DNA from: Candidatus Yanofskybacteria bacterium RIFCSPHIGHO2_01_FULL_43_32
GTDB lineage: Bacteria > Patescibacteriota > Minisyncoccia > 2-02-FULL-40-12 > GWA2-44-9
Length of the DNA stretch: 64,000 nucleotides
Direction: 5' to 3'
Assembly (NCBI GenBank): GCA_001794125.1
Contig: MGJF01000002.1
Span: forward strand, 108,514-172,513
Made by a program: the position numbers and the translations under genes. Below the pieces are notes generated by a model. It was given only the letters and a program-made list of their open reading frames with translations. It searched no databases and had not been told where the DNA came from. Position 1 is the first letter of the stretch. Every line of letters starts with the position of its first letter. This document shows positions 53,261-61,528 of the stretch, in pieces.

Positions 53261-54495
53261 TGAAACTTTCCAAATTATTCACAAAAACAGTTCGGGAGGC
53301 GCCGGCGGATGAGCCGTCAAAGAATGCCCAGCTTTTGATACGGGGCGGTTTTGTTTTCAAGAATTCCGCCGGAATATATTCTTTCCTGCCTCTCGGCTGG
53401 CGGGTTCTTGGTAAGATTGCCAATATTATCCGCGAAGAGATAAATGCCATCGGCGGACAGGAAATTTTTATGCCGGCGTTGGTGGAGAAAAAATATATGG
53501 AGCCAACCGGCCGGTGGAATCTTGACGTAGGATTTTTTGCAAAAGGCCTGAACGAAAAGGAATCAAATTATGTTTTGGGCTGGAGCCATGAGGAGGTTCT
53601 TACGGCCATCGCTTCCAAATTTATCAATTCCTATAAAGATCTGCCCTTTTCGGCTTATCAGATTCAAACCAAGTTTCGCCATGAACCGCGGGCTAAATCC
53701 GGCCTTTTGCGGGGCAGGGAATTTATGATGAAAGATCTGTATAGTTTTCATGCTTCCGAAGAAGATCTGGATGTTTATTATGAGGAGGCAAAGAATGCTT
53801 ATTTAAAGATTTTTGAGCGTTGCGGATTGAGGGCCGTCTATACTTTGGCTGCCGGAGGGGTTTTTACCGATAAGTTTACCCATGAATTTCAGGTCGTGTC
53901 GGATGTCGGCGAAGACACTATTTATATTTGCGACAAATGCGGGTATGCCGAGAATAAAGAGATTACCAAACTTAAAGACGGCGATAAATGTCCGAAATGC
54001 GACGGCAAAGTATCAGATAAAAAATCTATTGAAGTCGGAAACATATTTGATCAGGGGACTAAATACTCCGAAGCCCTTGGCTTGGAATTTACCGATGAGG
54101 CGGGAAATAAAAACCCTGTAATTATGGGGGCATACGGTATCGGTCTGGGAAGAGTGATGGGAACTGCGGTAGAAATACATAACGACGAGAAAGGAATTGT
54201 CTGGCCGGAAAACATCGCGCCCTACAAAGTTCATTTGGTTTCTCTTGAACAGAACGAAGAAGCGGATAAAATTTATGACGATTTAGAAAAATCAGGAGTA
54301 GAGGTTTTATATGATGACAGGGACGACAAAACCGCCGGAGAAAAATTTGCCGATGCCGATCTCATCGGCTGTCCGGTCAGAATTGTCGTAAGCAAGAAAA
54401 CTCTTGAAAAAAACAGTGTTGAACTCAAAAAAAGGAATGAAAAAGAGGCAAAATTAGTGCCTCTCGGTGAAATAAAGAACTACTTGACGGCCTGA
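53260..54495 (+). CDS. proS: proline--tRNA ligase (short form without editing domain)
   Basis: Class II motifs, FRHEPRAKSGLLRGREFMMKDLYSF, C-terminal anticodon-binding domain. 411 aa. Confidence 0.85.
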   Translation: MKLSKLFTKTVREAPADEPSKNAQLLIRGGFVFKNSAGIYSFLPLGWRVLGKIANIIREEINAIGGQEIFMPALVEKKYMEPTGRWNLDVGFFAKGLNEKESNYVLGWSHEEVLTAIASKFINSYKDLPFSAYQIQTKFRHEPRAKSGLLRGREFMMKDLYSFHASEEDLDVYYEEAKNAYLKIFERCGLRAVYTLAAGGVFTDKFTHEFQVVSDVGEDTIYICDKCGYAENKEITKLKDGDKCPKCDGKVSDKKSIEVGNIFDQGTKYSEALGLEFTDEAGNKNPVIMGAYGIGLGRVMGTAVEIHNDEKGIVWPENIAPYKVHLVSLEQNEEADKIYDDLEKSGVEVLYDDRDDKTAGEKFADADLIGCPVRIVVSKKTLEKNSVELKKRNEKEAKLVPLGEIKNYLTA

Positions 54496-55706
54496 AAACC
54501 CCTCTCCAGTGAATAGGCGATATCGTCCATGTTTTCTATGCCTGCTGAAAAGCGGATTAAATTATCACTTATACCTTGGGCTAATCTTTCTTCTCTCGGC
54601 AAACTATAATGAGTTGAGAGAGCGGGGCAACAAATAAGAGTGTCCACACAACCCAAACTTACAGCAAGAGTGATTATTCCTTCTCCGTCTCTCTGGTCTT
54701 GGGCTAATTTGTTCAGGAAAGTTTTTGTTTTGGAACCGTCCGAATCATCCAGTTCAAAAGAGATCATCCCGCCAAATCCGGTCATAAGCCGTCTGGCGAC
54801 GTCATTATTGGGATGTTCGGATAATCCCGGGTAATAAACTTTTTGGACTAAAGGGCAGTTCTTTAAAAATCCGGCGGCTATGCCATGACCGTTTCTATTG
54901 TGTTTTTCCATGCGATCAGGAAGGGTTATCATATTCATTGCGATTCTCTGCGCGACTTCGGGTTCCATCATTCCGCCCGAACTATTGTACCGTTCCCGTA
55001 TATTTTCCATTATTTTTGAGGAAGTTATAATTGCTCCTCCGGTGGCATTTCCGAAACCGTTTATATATTTTGTTAAACTTTGGATTGAAATATCCGCTCT
55101 TTTCCTCAATGGTTTTTGATTATATGGACTGGCAAACGTATTATCCACCACGACCAGAATGTCATCCCTTCCGGCTTGTTCCAAGACAGTTTTGATTATT
55201 TCAAAATCGCATATATCTATCACCGGATTGCTTGGCGTCTCAAGAAATACCATTTTTGTGGCGGGCGTCAGTTCTTCAAGAAGGTTTGTTGGCTGGCGGG
55301 CATCTACAAATTTTGTTTCTATGCCAAATTTGTGAAGTTCTTTCAAAAATCTAACAGTACCCCCGTATAGGTTTCTATGGGCGATAACCTCATCTCCCAA
55401 TTCAAGCAAGCTTAATAGCGTAACTTTAATGGCGGTCATACCGGAGTCAAAAACTTGAGCAGCTTCCCCGTCTTCTAAAACACATAAGGAATCTTCCAGA
55501 AAACGATGATTGGGGCTGCTTATTCTGGAATAAGCGTCGTATTTGGCGGTTCCGGCGAAAATTTCCATTCCCTGCTCAACCGTATCAAATCTAAAAGTGC
55601 TTGTTTGATAAATTGGAAAAGCGTGCGATCTGGATTCAGAACCCCTGTTTCCTTGATGGCCATGAATTAGTTGACTCACATTGCTGAAGCGGTGTTTAAG
55701 GGCCAT
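54480..55706 (-). CDS. PLP-dependent Cys/Met metabolism enzyme (cystathionine gamma-synthase/beta-lyase or methionine gamma-lyase family)
   Basis: AFPIYQTSTF, DNTFASPYNQKPL, Lys in S.TKYINGFG, C-terminal GISDNLIRFSAGIE. Confidence 0.75.
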   Translation of the reverse strand: MALKHRFSNVSQLIHGHQGNRGSESRSHAFPIYQTSTFRFDTVEQGMEIFAGTAKYDAYSRISSPNHRFLEDSLCVLEDGEAAQVFDSGMTAIKVTLLSLLELGDEVIAHRNLYGGTVRFLKELHKFGIETKFVDARQPTNLLEELTPATKMVFLETPSNPVIDICDFEIIKTVLEQAGRDDILVVVDNTFASPYNQKPLRKRADISIQSLTKYINGFGNATGGAIITSSKIMENIRERYNSSGGMMEPEVAQRIAMNMITLPDRMEKHNRNGHGIAAGFLKNCPLVQKVYYPGLSEHPNNDVARRLMTGFGGMISFELDDSDGSKTKTFLNKLAQDQRDGEGIITLAVSLGCVDTLICCPALSTHYSLPREERLAQGISDNLIRFSAGIENMDDIAYSLERGFQAVK

Positions 55707-55841
55707 TTAAGCTCCATTTTCAAAGTTCGTCAGTTAATAGAATACTGATAAATTGGTAAATAGTCAATCTGGCTTATTTCCCGAATTATTTTTTTTGATT
55801 GTTTATAAAGTTTTTGATATGGTAAACTATCGTTGTAATTT

Positions 55842-56891
55842 ATGTTAAACAAACTCTTTGGACATTGGTCAAAGGATATCGGCATAGACTTGGGTACGGC
55901 AAATACTCTGGTTTATGTTCGCGGGAAAGGGATTGTCATCAACGAACCGTCAATTGTGGCCGTGAACCAAAAAACCGGCAAAATATTGGCTATCGGCAAA
56001 GAAGCCAGAACGATGGTTGGCCGGACCCCCGGATATATCACGGTTTCCCGCCCTTTGATTAACGGCGTTGTTTCCGATTTTGAAGTGACCGAGCAGATGC
56101 TTAAATATTTTATTGATAAGGTCCATCAGGAGAGTTTTACTTTGTTGCCCCGGCCGAGAGTGGTGGTCGGAATTCCTTCAGGAGTTACGGAAGTGGAAAA
56201 AAGGGCCGTTGAAGACGCGACCTACAATGCCGGCGCGAGAGAGGTTTATCTTATTGAAGAGCCGATGGCCGCGGCTATCGGAGCGCGTCTGCCCGTTCAT
56301 GAGGCGGTGGCAAATGTAATAGTGGATATGGGCGGCGGCACGACCGAAGTGGCGGTTATTTCCATGGGCGGTGTCATTGCTTCCCGTTCTCTGCGGGTAG
56401 CCGGAGACAAGCTCAACGAAGACATCGTCAGATATTTGAGAGAAGAAAGAAATCTTTTGGTGGGAGAAGCCACGGCAGAAAATTTGAAATTAACCCTGGG
56501 TTCGGCTTATCCTTCCGAAGAGGAGGGAGAAGGCCGCGTGAGAGGCAGGGATTTAGTTTCCGGCTTGCCCAAGGAAATATCCATAACTTCAGAAGAGATC
56601 AGGGAAGCGATGCAGCGTTCCGTAAAAAGCATTGTTCTTGCCGTTAAAAATACAATTGAAGAAACCCCTCCCGAACTGACAGCCGATCTGATAAACAGGC
56701 ACATATTCTTGGCCGGCGGCGGAGCGTTGTTAAACGGTCTGGATAAAATGATAGCCCACGAAACCAAATTATTCGTCAAAATAGTGGATGATCCTTTGAC
56801 CGCCGTGGCAAGGGGATGCGGTTTTGTGCTTGAAAATGTGGACCAGCTAAAAAACGTTCTGGTTGCCACCCAAAAAGACGATTACTTTTAA
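55842..56891 (+). CDS. mreB: rod shape-determining protein MreB
   Basis: Actin-fold motifs DIGIDLGTANTLVYV, VVDMGGGTTEVAVIS, GIFLAGGGALL. Confidence 0.9.
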   Translation: MLNKLFGHWSKDIGIDLGTANTLVYVRGKGIVINEPSIVAVNQKTGKILAIGKEARTMVGRTPGYITVSRPLINGVVSDFEVTEQMLKYFIDKVHQESFTLLPRPRVVVGIPSGVTEVEKRAVEDATYNAGAREVYLIEEPMAAAIGARLPVHEAVANVIVDMGGGTTEVAVISMGGVIASRSLRVAGDKLNEDIVRYLREERNLLVGEATAENLKLTLGSAYPSEEEGEGRVRGRDLVSGLPKEISITSEEIREAMQRSVKSIVLAVKNTIEETPPELTADLINRHIFLAGGGALLNGLDKMIAHETKLFVKIVDDPLTAVARGCGFVLENVDQLKNVLVATQKDDYF

Positions 56892-56899
56892 AAAAAATT

Positions 56900-57694
56900 A
56901 TGGCCAGACCGTCTTTTAAAACATTTCTCCTCCTCACCACTATTATTACCGGCGCTGTTTTTTTTAATAAGTACGCCATAAAAGACGGCCTGATTTTTTT
57001 TCCGGAATCTTTTATGAAATTGGGAAATTACTTGTTTATAAAAGCAGAAAGTTTTGGCGGTTTTATGGAAAAAATAAAAAATTTCAACCGTCTCGCAAGC
57101 GAAAATGATAAATTAAAACAGAATCAGGAGGCGATTTTGGGCTTGAAAGCAAGAGTTGACGACCTGGAAGATGAAAATGGTTTTTTAAGACGCTCCGGCC
57201 GTATTGCCCAGAAATTCGACCACCCCGTTGTTTATGCCGGTATTTTCAATCTTAATCTTGCTCCTGCCGGATATAATGTCCTGTTGAACAAGGGAGCCCA
57301 AGATGGCGTATCTGTCGATGATGTTGTGGTCACCGCCGAAGGAATATTGGTCGGAAAAATCCAGAAGGTTATGCGGAACTTTTCGAGGGTTCTTTTTGTT
57401 TCCGATCCTGAATTAAAAATTACCGCCAAAACGCTTAATTCCGGTACGACAGGCATCGTACGGGGCGCTTTGGGTGAGGGTATGTATTTTGATTTTGTCA
57501 TCCAAGAAGACGAAATAAAAGAGGGAGATGTGCTGATATCGACCGGCAATGACATGTTCCCCCCGGCCCTGGTTATCGGTTCCGTAGAAAATATTGAGGT
57601 CAACGCAACCCAAATATTCAAGAAGATCCGCATCCGCCCCGCCATTAAAGACACCCAATTAGGCAGGGTATTGGTAATAAAATTAAACAAATGA
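56900..57694 (+). CDS. mreC: rod shape-determining protein MreC
   Basis: N-terminal TM, coiled-coil, beta-rich C-terminal domain, position after mreB. Confidence 0.7.
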   Translation: MARPSFKTFLLLTTIITGAVFFNKYAIKDGLIFFPESFMKLGNYLFIKAESFGGFMEKIKNFNRLASENDKLKQNQEAILGLKARVDDLEDENGFLRRSGRIAQKFDHPVVYAGIFNLNLAPAGYNVLLNKGAQDGVSVDDVVVTAEGILVGKIQKVMRNFSRVLFVSDPELKITAKTLNSGTTGIVRGALGEGMYFDFVIQEDEIKEGDVLISTGNDMFPPALVIGSVENIEVNATQIFKKIRIRPAIKDTQLGRVLVIKLNK

Positions 57695-58053
57695 AAACTT
57701 GGTTGATCGCAGCTTTCTTTTTAGCGGGCATATTTCTTGACGGTATAATTTTTCCGGGATTTTTCGGTTTCAGAGAAAGTTTTTTGACGATAATTTTTCT
57801 TGTGGTTATGCTTCTGTACCATAAAGCCGATTTTCAGGGCTTGATTATCGGAGCAATATTCGCCGGGTTAGTCGAATTTTATTGGGGATTAAAAATGGGA
57901 ACTTTGATGCTGCCCTTATTGGCGTCAGCGGGAATATTTTTTTTGTTAAACATATTCTTTAATATCAAAAGCGGGGTTTTGACGGCGCTTTCCGGCGCGG
58001 TCATGTTCGTTATCTTTTGGGAGGCATCGACTCTAATAACTAAAATATTGTAA
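57691..58053 (+). CDS. mreD: rod shape-determining protein MreD-like small membrane protein
   Basis: 4-TM 120-aa protein overlapping the mreC stop. Call is positional. Confidence 0.45.
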   Translation: MKTWLIAAFFLAGIFLDGIIFPGFFGFRESFLTIIFLVVMLLYHKADFQGLIIGAIFAGLVEFYWGLKMGTLMLPLLASAGIFFLLNIFFNIKSGVLTALSGAVMFVIFWEASTLITKIL

Positions 58054-58057
58054 TTTA

Positions 58058-59938
58058 ATGTCAAAAAAAGAGTATAAAATTTCAATTAGCGGGGACTGGG
58101 TTGCTCCGGAGGAAACGCTTTTAGATTCGGGCAGTGAATACTCGGATCTTGAAACGCCAATTTCAGCTAATGCTTTCAAACTGATTTTTATAGCAGCCGT
58201 TATTCTATTTGTTGCAGTCATGGCGCTTACTTTTAAAATAGGGATTGCCGGCCATGATTCTTTTGCAAATCTTGCCCTACAGAATAAGTCTGTGAATTTT
58301 CTTATTCCCCCCCCTAGGGGTATTATCACGGATCGATTTGGAAAGCCATTGGTAAAAAATTTGCCAAGCTTTGATCTGCTGATTGTTTCAAGAGGAATCA
58401 GAGAAAATCAATCGGAAGATAATCAGAACAGGATTGCCGAAATTTTAAAAATTCAACCGGAAGAATTTAAAACTTTTATTTCAGACGGGATTAAAACAAG
58501 TTCCATTTTTTTTGCCGCAACCGACCTGAATAAAGATCAAGTTCTGGCAATCAAGTACCTCAATCCCGACGGCTACTATATTGTCCCGAACACCAAGCGT
58601 TATTACTTAGACGGCCATCAATTTTCTCAAGTTGCGGGTTATGTCGGGAAAGTCAACAAAAACGACTTGAAGGACGAATATTATTATTCCACCGATATAA
58701 TCGGCCGTTTGGGGGCAGAAGCCCAATACGAAGAAATTTTAAGAGGGGAACATGGAAGGATTTTATTCGGCAAAGAAAAAGACGAGAATTTGAATAAGGA
58801 CCCGGTTCAAGGGAATAACTTAGTTTTGAATATTGATTACGATTTGCAAAAGAAACTGTATAATGAACTTTACGGAGTTTTAACTTCGGCGGGTCTGTCC
58901 CGCGGGGCGGCGGTAATTCAGAATCCCCGGAACGGCGCCGTGTTGGCGATGGTGAGTTTCCCTTCTTTTGATAACAATATCTTTATAAAAGGCCTGTCGG
59001 ATAGCCAGTTTAAGAATCTCTTTGAAAGTAATGCCAAACCGCTTTTTAACAGGGTAATAAGCGGATTATATAATCCCGGTTCGACCATCAAGCCCTTCAT
59101 GGGCATGGCGGCGCTTCAGGAAGGAATAATTACTTCTCAAGACACCATTCGCGACTGTGTTAGTTTGGTCGTTCCCAATCCTTTTGATAAAAACTCCCCC
59201 TATGTGTTTAAGAATTGGAGACAGGATTACGGCCTTTTCAATTTGAGGCGGGCCATTGCCCAATCATGCAACGTTTTCTTTTTTGCCATAGGGGGCGGAT
59301 TCGGAAATATTTCCGGTCTTGGCGCGGAAAAAATAGCGAAATATCTTTCGACCGGACTGGCTAATGTAAAATTAGGAATAGATATGCCGGGAGAAGAGTA
59401 TGGTTTTGTTCCCGACCCTGATTGGAAACTCCAAACAAGAGGTGAAAATTGGTATCAGGGGGATACTTATAATATTTCCGTAGGCCAAGGCGACTTATTG
59501 GTCACTCCTTTGTGGTTGAATACCTATGTTTCGGCCATTGCCAATGGGGGCACTCTTTATAAACCCATGGTCGCCCAGAAGACGGTTGATGAAAGGAACA
59601 ACGATTTGGAAGTATTTATGCAAAAAGCGCTCGCAAAACTGCCTTTCAAGGACGATGTCATTCGGGAGATGAAAAGCGATATGGAAGAAACGGTAATTTC
59701 CGGAACGGCCGGGACGCTGAAAGATTTACCCGTTAGAGTGGGCGCGAAGACCGGTACGGCCGAAGTGGTAAAAGGCAAAAGCATCAACTCCCTGTTCACC
59801 GCTTTTGCTCCTTTTGAAAATCCGGAACTTAATATTACGGTTTTGATAGAAGGTTCGGCTTCAAATCAAGGACTGGCTATTCGGGTAGCCCACAATGTAT
59901 TAAAATGGTATTTTGGAGAATATCAACAGAACCCTTGA
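58058..59938 (+). CDS. mrdA: penicillin-binding protein 2 (class B transpeptidase)
   Basis: N-terminal TM, dimerisation domain, SxxK (GSTIKPF), SxN (SCNVFF), KTG (KTGTAE). Confidence 0.85.
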   Translation: MSKKEYKISISGDWVAPEETLLDSGSEYSDLETPISANAFKLIFIAAVILFVAVMALTFKIGIAGHDSFANLALQNKSVNFLIPPPRGIITDRFGKPLVKNLPSFDLLIVSRGIRENQSEDNQNRIAEILKIQPEEFKTFISDGIKTSSIFFAATDLNKDQVLAIKYLNPDGYYIVPNTKRYYLDGHQFSQVAGYVGKVNKNDLKDEYYYSTDIIGRLGAEAQYEEILRGEHGRILFGKEKDENLNKDPVQGNNLVLNIDYDLQKKLYNELYGVLTSAGLSRGAAVIQNPRNGAVLAMVSFPSFDNNIFIKGLSDSQFKNLFESNAKPLFNRVISGLYNPGSTIKPFMGMAALQEGIITSQDTIRDCVSLVVPNPFDKNSPYVFKNWRQDYGLFNLRRAIAQSCNVFFFAIGGGFGNISGLGAEKIAKYLSTGLANVKLGIDMPGEEYGFVPDPDWKLQTRGENWYQGDTYNISVGQGDLLVTPLWLNTYVSAIANGGTLYKPMVAQKTVDERNNDLEVFMQKALAKLPFKDDVIREMKSDMEETVISGTAGTLKDLPVRVGAKTGTAEVVKGKSINSLFTAFAPFENPELNITVLIEGSASNQGLAIRVAHNVLKWYFGEYQQNP

Positions 59939-60007
59939 ATTTTATATTAAAAAGCGTAATATATCTTAATCAACGTTTAGCCCTCTTTCGCTAAAGCTAC
60001 GGAAGGG

Positions 60008-60067
60008 CACTTCTTCGCTCAATGAAGAAATGCCCGCACTTCGAAGCTCCGAAGGAGCGAAGAAGTG
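60008..60067 (+). promoter_or_regulatory. 13-bp-stem leader hairpin whose 3' arm covers the greA start codon, just downstream of the SD
   Basis: cacttcttcgctc (60008-60020) pairs with gagcgaagaagtg (60055-60067). SD aaggag 60050-60055. GTG start 60065 lies inside the 3' arm. Confidence 0.3.
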
Positions 60068-60523
60068 GACAATCAATATTTTTCAAAAGAAGGATTGGAA
60101 AAATTAAAAAGAGAGCTCGAAGAGAGGCTTAATGTTATGCGTCCGGAAATAGCCCAGCGTATCAAGGAAGCGAAGGAACTGGGTGATTTGTCCGAAAACG
60201 CGGAATATGATTCAGCCAAAGAAGCCCAGGCCTTGAACGAGGGCAGAATAGAGGATATAAAAAGCACTCTGGAAAGCGCGGTAATTATAACCGGAAACAA
60301 TCTTAGCGGAACCGTCGGTGTCGGTTCGGGCATAAAGGTAGAATCTAAAGACGGAACCCGTTCGTTTGTCATTGTCGGGGCAGCCGAATCCGATCCGATA
60401 AAAGGGTTTATTTCAAATGAGTCTCCTTTGGGAAAAGCATTTTTGGGACACAAGAAGGGAGATAAACTTGAAGTAAGGACGCCTAAGGGAATTGTGGAAT
60501 ATAAAATTGTTGAGGTAAACTAA
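60065..60523 (+). CDS. greA: transcription elongation factor GreA
   Basis: N-terminal coiled-coil with GDLSENAEYDSAKEAQ. C-terminal FKBP-like domain (ISNESPLGKAFLGHKKGDKLEV). GTG start. Confidence 0.8.
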   Translation: MDNQYFSKEGLEKLKRELEERLNVMRPEIAQRIKEAKELGDLSENAEYDSAKEAQALNEGRIEDIKSTLESAVIITGNNLSGTVGVGSGIKVESKDGTRSFVIVGAAESDPIKGFISNESPLGKAFLGHKKGDKLEVRTPKGIVEYKIVEVN

Positions 60524-60592
60524 ACGAACGCCCCTTTATTTAACAAACCTATCCAGGACGATGAATCAGTCGGAATAGGGCGTTCGTTTTTG
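60524..60592 (+). terminator. large-loop terminator after greA
   Basis: aacgaacgccc ... gggcgttcgtt followed by tttg. Confidence 0.35.
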
Positions 60593-60595
60593 ATT

Positions 60596-60626
60596 ATGAA
60601 AAAAGGGCCCCGTTGCGGGGCCCTTT
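60596..60626. terminator. bidirectional GC-clamped terminator (agggccccgttgcggggccct)
   Basis: A-run on one side and ttt on the other. Ends the minus-strand GC-rich gene. Confidence 0.55.
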
Positions 60627-60669
60627 GGCTTCTCCTTTCGAATCTCTGTCTGGCTGGCGCGGTCCCGGC

Positions 60670-61134
60670 TTAGTAGGTCAGGCCGGGACCGAAAAACTCG
60701 ACTTCCAGCGGGAGTTCGTCTCGGACGATATTGAGCTTCTCCTTGGCATTGTCGACGTCGGCGCTCGCCGCGTAGACGTTGTTCTGGGCGATCTTGATGG
60801 CCTCGTCGAGCTCCGCCCTCATTTCCTTGAGCATGGCGGCATCGATGATGGTCTCCGGCGTATCGGTCTCCACCTCCCCCAACTTCTTGCGGAGATCTTT
60901 CAGCGCCGCTTCGGCGCTGGCCAGCTTGCTCTTGGCGACGGTAAGTTCGTCCTCGTACCGCTCGTTGAGCGGGATGGCACGCTCGTCGGGGTTGAACCCG
61001 ATCCACCTGTCGCCGACGAGGCCGATGTGGCGGGTGACCGAGCGCTGATTGAGCCCTTTCCCCGTAGGGATGGTGACTTGCGCACGCTTGCCGTTGGCCA
61101 ACTTGCTGACCGAGCTGACCGCGTAACTCTTCAT
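60670..61134 (-). CDS. hypothetical protein with AbrB/SpoVT-like N-terminal segment and long coiled-coil (GC-rich cassette)
   Basis: ATG 61134 with AAGGAGAC SD. N-terminus KLANGKRAQVTIPTGKGL resembles a swapped-hairpin DNA-binding motif. Residues 60-140 are heptad-rich. About 60% GC. The supplied ORF starts 27 nt further upstream, without an SD. Confidence 0.45.
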   Translation of the reverse strand: MKSYAVSSVSKLANGKRAQVTIPTGKGLNQRSVTRHIGLVGDRWIGFNPDERAIPLNERYEDELTVAKSKLASAEAALKDLRKKLGEVETDTPETIIDAAMLKEMRAELDEAIKIAQNNVYAASADVDNAKEKLNIVRDELPLEVEFFGPGLTY

Positions 61135-61150
61135 GGCTGTCTCCTTCGTC

Positions 61151-61185
61151 CCCAGCACCACTTTTAAAACAAAGGTGGTGCTGGG
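61151..61185 (-). promoter_or_regulatory. perfect 11-bp stem hairpin in the 5' UTR of the 60670-61134 gene
   Basis: cccagcaccac ttttaaaacaaag gtggtgctggg, between the promoter and the SD. Confidence 0.35.
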
Positions 61186-61225
61186 TTTACGGGTTTCCGA
61201 ACGAATTGTCAGTGAACGTATCTAC

Positions 61226-61255
61226 ATTATAGCACACTTTTAACCATTGTGTCAA
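61226..61255 (-). promoter_or_regulatory. consensus promoter TTGACA-18-TATAAT (minus strand)
   Basis: Plus-strand tgtcaa 61250-61255, attata 61226-61231. Confidence 0.5.
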
Positions 61256-61312
61256 ATTAAGTAAAAACCGGCCTCCGCCATCCGCCAACTGGCGGAGGCG
61301 GATGAGCCGGTT

Positions 61313-61340
61313 TCAACGGCTCACACATGTGAGCCGTTGA
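61313..61340. repeat. second copy of the tcaacggctcacacatgtgagccgttga hairpin
   Basis: Identical to 2109-2138. Preceded by another hairpin (aaaccggcctccgcc...ggcggaggcggatgagccggttt). Confidence 0.45.
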
Positions 61341-61397
61341 TTTGTCGTATCAAAGAGAGTTTGATCCCTTATTGCCAAGTATCAGCTAACCACCTAA

Positions 61398-61455
61398 ACA
61401 ACCAACGGAGGGAGATTGCCTGCCTGCCGGCAGGCAGGTGTCAGCGATGTGGAGT
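61398..61455 (-). repeat. degenerate Rep-B-like copy with replaced loop (cctgcctgccggcaggcagg palindrome)
   Basis: caaccaacggagggaga...ggtgtc...agcgatgtggag resembles the Rep-B flanks in reverse orientation. Confidence 0.3.
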
Positions 61456-61528
61456 TTTTGTTTATTTTTTGTTAGTATTTAGATATTGTTTAGAAATTAG
61501 GATTTAGAAATTAGAAATTGTTTTTGCC

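Noticed and set aside
60065-60523. Elongation factor P
   Set aside because: Size is similar, but the sequence has the GreA coiled-coil (GDLSENAEYD.AKE) and the GreA C-terminal domain, not the EF-P KOW/OB domains.
60566-61167. ORFs 60566-61006 (-), 60613-61167 (+) and 60779-61048 (+) in the last GC-rich cassette
   Set aside because: Arg/Gly/Pro-rich shadow frames. Only 60670-61134 (minus) is preceded by AAGGAGAC and a promoter.
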